DNA of 64,000 nucleotides from Amphiscolops sp. MND2022 (taxonomy: Eukaryota). The DNA lies in assembly GCA_964187785.1 (NCBI GenBank), contig OZ076409.1, forward strand, positions 95,482,001 to 95,546,000, read 5' to 3'. Under the pieces are notes generated by a model, which was not told the DNA's origin, ran no database searches, and saw only the letters and a program-made list of their open reading frames with translations. The translations under genes were made by a program, and so were the position numbers. Below are positions 60,247 through 64,000 of this stretch, piece after piece (position 1 is the first letter of the stretch; each line of letters starts with the position of its first letter).

Positions 60247-63224
60247 TGTTTTTAAGTGCAGTCTATAGACAGATTATAAAAAAGTGAAAAAACCAACGAA
60301 AAAATGAACTTTTCTAAAACTCACAAAAATTCAAAAACTTTCCGCTTTGGTGGAACCACTTTTTCGAAACAACGGAAGTAGTTGCTTGAAAACTTCCGAG
60401 CATTGTTCTGAGAGAATCGGATGGAAATAAAAAAAGTTTCCGAAATTTTTCTGTAGATCTACAGAACAGTTTGTTCCTAGTAACAGTATTTCAACTGAAA
60501 CTTCAATGATTTCCTAACATTCCGACTTTAAACACTGCTGGAACTTTCTTTTCGAAACACATAAACGCGGAAAGCAGAAAGGAAAATAACTTTATAAAGA
60601 AGTTGAACGTACAACTGCTGAGGAACGAAATGGGTAATTAACGGAAGATTTTCTACATTTTTGACAAAAATTGATTTGTCTGACAAACAATGCAGCTGCT
60701 AATCTGACAAATTTGAAGTTGTAAATATCTGTAGCTGGGATAAATTGCATGTAATTTGCTTCCACAAATGGGCGGAAATACGCTGTTTTCCCGGGGATTT
60801 TCCAAATGATTTCCTCTTTTTCTTGTTTGATTAGTCAAGGACGACAGTTTTTGTTGTCTAGTTATTGACTCTTTTTATGCTTTTTTTGTCGAGTAATGAG
60901 AAAACGTAAAAGCCCTGTTTTCTAACAGTGGAAAGAAAAAATTCCGACCTGCCAAAAGATGGGACACTTTTCTGATCACAATCAAACGACTTGATCGTTT
61001 AAAAATTCTGACAGCGATGAAAATCGATATTTTTTCTGGATTCGTAAGAAACTGTTCACTGTGTATAACGATTTTGTGGGAGACCAATTTCTATTAATAG
61101 AAAAAAAACGTTTTCGAGTATGCTCGCGGAAAACTTGAAAAAGGTTCTAAAAGAATTTCTCAGCAAACAAAAGCTCAAAAGATGTTGCATTTGTAATGAC
61201 ATTTTCCTCATAATAACAATCACCGATAATGCCAAAAGCTTTTGTCTAATTTGCCTATTTTTTGGGGGAAATCTCCCTAAATTGACAGAAAATATTCAAT
61301 GCGCAGACAATTTTTCAAGGTTTTTCCTGCAATTATTTTTCCGGCTGAAAACCCTTGAGCTTTTCGGGCGTAAATTAGAGCAGTTATTTCGTGTTTTTTT
61401 CTCAAAAAAATCAATCAACGCCTTATAAACGTTACAATCAATTTTACTTCATGCCAAGTTACTGTTCTTTTCCAAGATAATAAGCGCTTTCTCAAAATCT
61501 CCTGAAGGTTTTGGCAGTCATTAATGAGTTTCGGAAGGTAACAAAAATTCGCTGAAACTGGAAATAGGTATCGGAAATGAGAAGATCTTCGGAAAATTAA
61601 CATTTTCAGTAATAAAAATAACTATACTGATAATCACTACAAGAAAATGGGACTGTTTACATGGGACAGTTTCTACTTTTACACCAATTACTGAAATGGC
61701 CTCGCGGGGAATTGATTAATTTTGGGTGACGTACATTTGTGCGTGGGAGGCAGGGTATCTTTTATTAGGTCTATGTGTCAATAGACCAACCGGTAAAAAC
61801 ACCAGTAAGGCGGGAAAACCATGCTGGGGTTAGACACGCGGATTAAAGTGGTGAGGGTGGTGGGTGAACTTATACCGAGAGACGCAGCACAAAAGCAGGA
61901 AATTAATTTGATAAGCAACAGGAAAGAATTACAGGAATGAGGAGCAATAACAGAATGCAAATCGAGCACGATGATTGGATAGAGAATTGTAGAGACACTG
62001 AATATTTATCACAGAATTGATAATGCACCGAAATGAATTGCAGCAAACGTTTTCGTGACAGCTTCGTCTGATAGCATTTCTTCAGAGGAATAATTTATCA
62101 AAGCGGAGTCTCTATAAGAAAAAACTGGAGAGTCGGTTTCTGTTTCATTTTTGACCACGCTTCACTTGATCCAGAGGGAAGAAAAATCATCAAACGATGG
62201 GTGAAAATTGGCGATCGCACTTGTTAAATGTTCCAAGCTTAAAAATCCAAATCGCCATGTCTCAGTTTCTCGTGATCAAAAAGGTGAACTCTTTGAAATT
62301 TTGAGTTGAAAAAAAAAGACTTTGGAAAAAGCGGAATCGATGTTTGTTAGGGATGCAAATATGCCAATGATAATACGATACTACGTGGAGTCACATTTAT
62401 AATGAAGTTCGATCAATCAGCGGCCTATTAACCGCCACAAACTGTTTTAGCAAGAACTTGATTTTAACGCTAAGAAGTAACCCATGTATTATGAAAATGC
62501 AAAAAGGATTTGATTCTTTTTGATCAATCTCATCGAATTTTGGAAGTAGACCGTTAAATTAAAAACTTTAAGAACACGCTAAGTACATAATTGGTTTCCT
62601 GTTGATTTGTGTGGATACCAGTACCCGTGTAACTTTCCAAAACAAATGCAACCCAAATGAGACATAAAGACTTCATTTGAGGATGAAGTAGAAAAAATCC
62701 AATTCCCGAAATGAACAAGATCCGGGAATGGCCCATTTTTTATTTTCAAAATTGATACATTTCTCTATGTCATCCATCTCCCCGAAACAAGCTTCAGCAG
62801 CAACGTGGTCAACTGATGGTCAAAGCGAAGATGTGAATTTCGCCCTCAGTCACATGTCTTGAATTAAAAGGGATTCGACTTACTCTGCGCTAACACAAGA
62901 CCAACGCCTTAACTACAACTTCGTCGTCCTCAAAACAAAGAAATTTTGTTCCTTCAACACAATTTTTTCTTCCAAAAAAGCTTTCTTAAATACAAAAGTA
63001 GAATGAGTTGATGATAGTTTTGTTTTTCCATTTTTTGGACCTTCAAGCATCCAGTAACACCACAAAGTTATTGAAAAAATGTAGAAAATAAGTGGAAAAC
63101 ACTAATTTTGACTTTGATGGATTCAGTCATTCAGAAACGAAAAAAGGTCATGTTTTTCCTACCTAAACACTGCTTTTACTGGCGATATTTCGAGCGCTGT
63201 AGAAAAAAACTCAAGAAAAAAATT

Positions 63225-63454
63225 GTAACGATGAGCGCTGAGCGTTTGGTCGAAATAAGAGGCGGAACAACCACTACCATGGATATGGTCCGGGACTGAA
63301 ACCACCATAGCATTGGCCCATTTTGCGTCCTAAGGGTTGCCGGTCCCGAAGAGGGGGAACCGGACGCTCTTTGGCCTGAAACCAGTCTGTAACGGCTACT
63401 AGTTACGGGCATTTCTCTTGGACTAGTAACCACCGCAGAAACAGCCTATAAAAA
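63225..63454 (-). mobile_element. 5' part of a third Helentron-like repeat family
   Basis: - strand TTTTTATAGGCTGT..CGGTGGT...ATGCCCGT...GTTACAGACTGG...CAGGCCAAAGAGCGTCC, shared with 33567-33808. Confidence 0.55.
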
Positions 63455-64000
63455 CCGAGCCTTTTGATAACTGAAATTCCTCCACAGTGGAAATCTATAA
63501 AACCAAGAACATGAGCTAATTGAAAACAATAATAGGTCTCGAGCATATTAATATACAAACATCAATTAGCACGCAAAATTAGGATAACTCAGTCCAGTTT
63601 GGTGAAATACAGGGTCGTTGAGGCACCAGCGCTCGAGCTGGGCACAACTCTGGGCACGGGCGAATATCTCATGCTGTCATCGAGAATTCCGGCTTCGCAG
63701 AAAAAACGACATGTTTCTCGGGGCTTTTTGGGCAAACACTGTGGTTTTCGCACGTTTCTGTTGTTTTTGTTCACTGCTACGTTCTTCGGTCGTCTCGCGG
63801 GGCGGCTCTGTCGGCCAAGTATTATGTCAAATCTTGCTCAGGATGCCACGTCAGAATTGAAAAAATGTTGAAAACTACCAAATATTTCGTTGATCAGCGG
63901 TTGCCGTTACAATTTAAAAGTGACAAAAAGTAACAAATTTGATAAAACAAAACACAAAGTGCCAACTTTTCATTTTTTGACATTTGCTGGACAATTAATG

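Noticed and set aside
59030..61970. Possible LINE endonuclease remnants at ~59030-59400 and ~61740-61970
   Set aside because: Only isolated weak motifs (e.g. SCRIDIVF); not enough for a call.

Overview
AT-rich, repeat-dense eukaryotic (probably invertebrate) DNA; no bacterial-type genes, rRNA or CRISPR were found. (1) Positions 1-16878 (- strand) hold a giant Ty3/Gypsy LTR retrotransposon, >16.8 kb and running off the window edge. Its ~3,200-aa gag-pol is split by three 1-nt frameshifts and carries an apparent tandem protease, a dUTPase-like fold, an AT-hook/Cys motif and two TARG1/OARD1-like macrodomains after integrase. It is followed by an ORF of at least 1,381 codons with an SGNH-like domain that is almost entirely missing from the supplied ORF track. 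(2) Two related ~1.5-kb solo LTRs (20200-21681, 29640-31171) each contain a promoter and an ORF that reads through the LTR 3' end in the same phase. (3) A young, full-length Mag-like Gypsy element (47553-52956), an internally deleted Gypsy relic, a CR1-like LINE fragment, many Helentron-type non-autonomous elements (some with tRNA-like modules), and hAT and CMC-type MITEs. (4) A probable host gene on the - strand (type II membrane protein, NAALADL2/PSMA/transferrin-receptor-like) has small phase-compatible exons between 58146 and ~25235, with most of these elements in its introns. All domain calls were made by eye and need HMM or structure confirmation.
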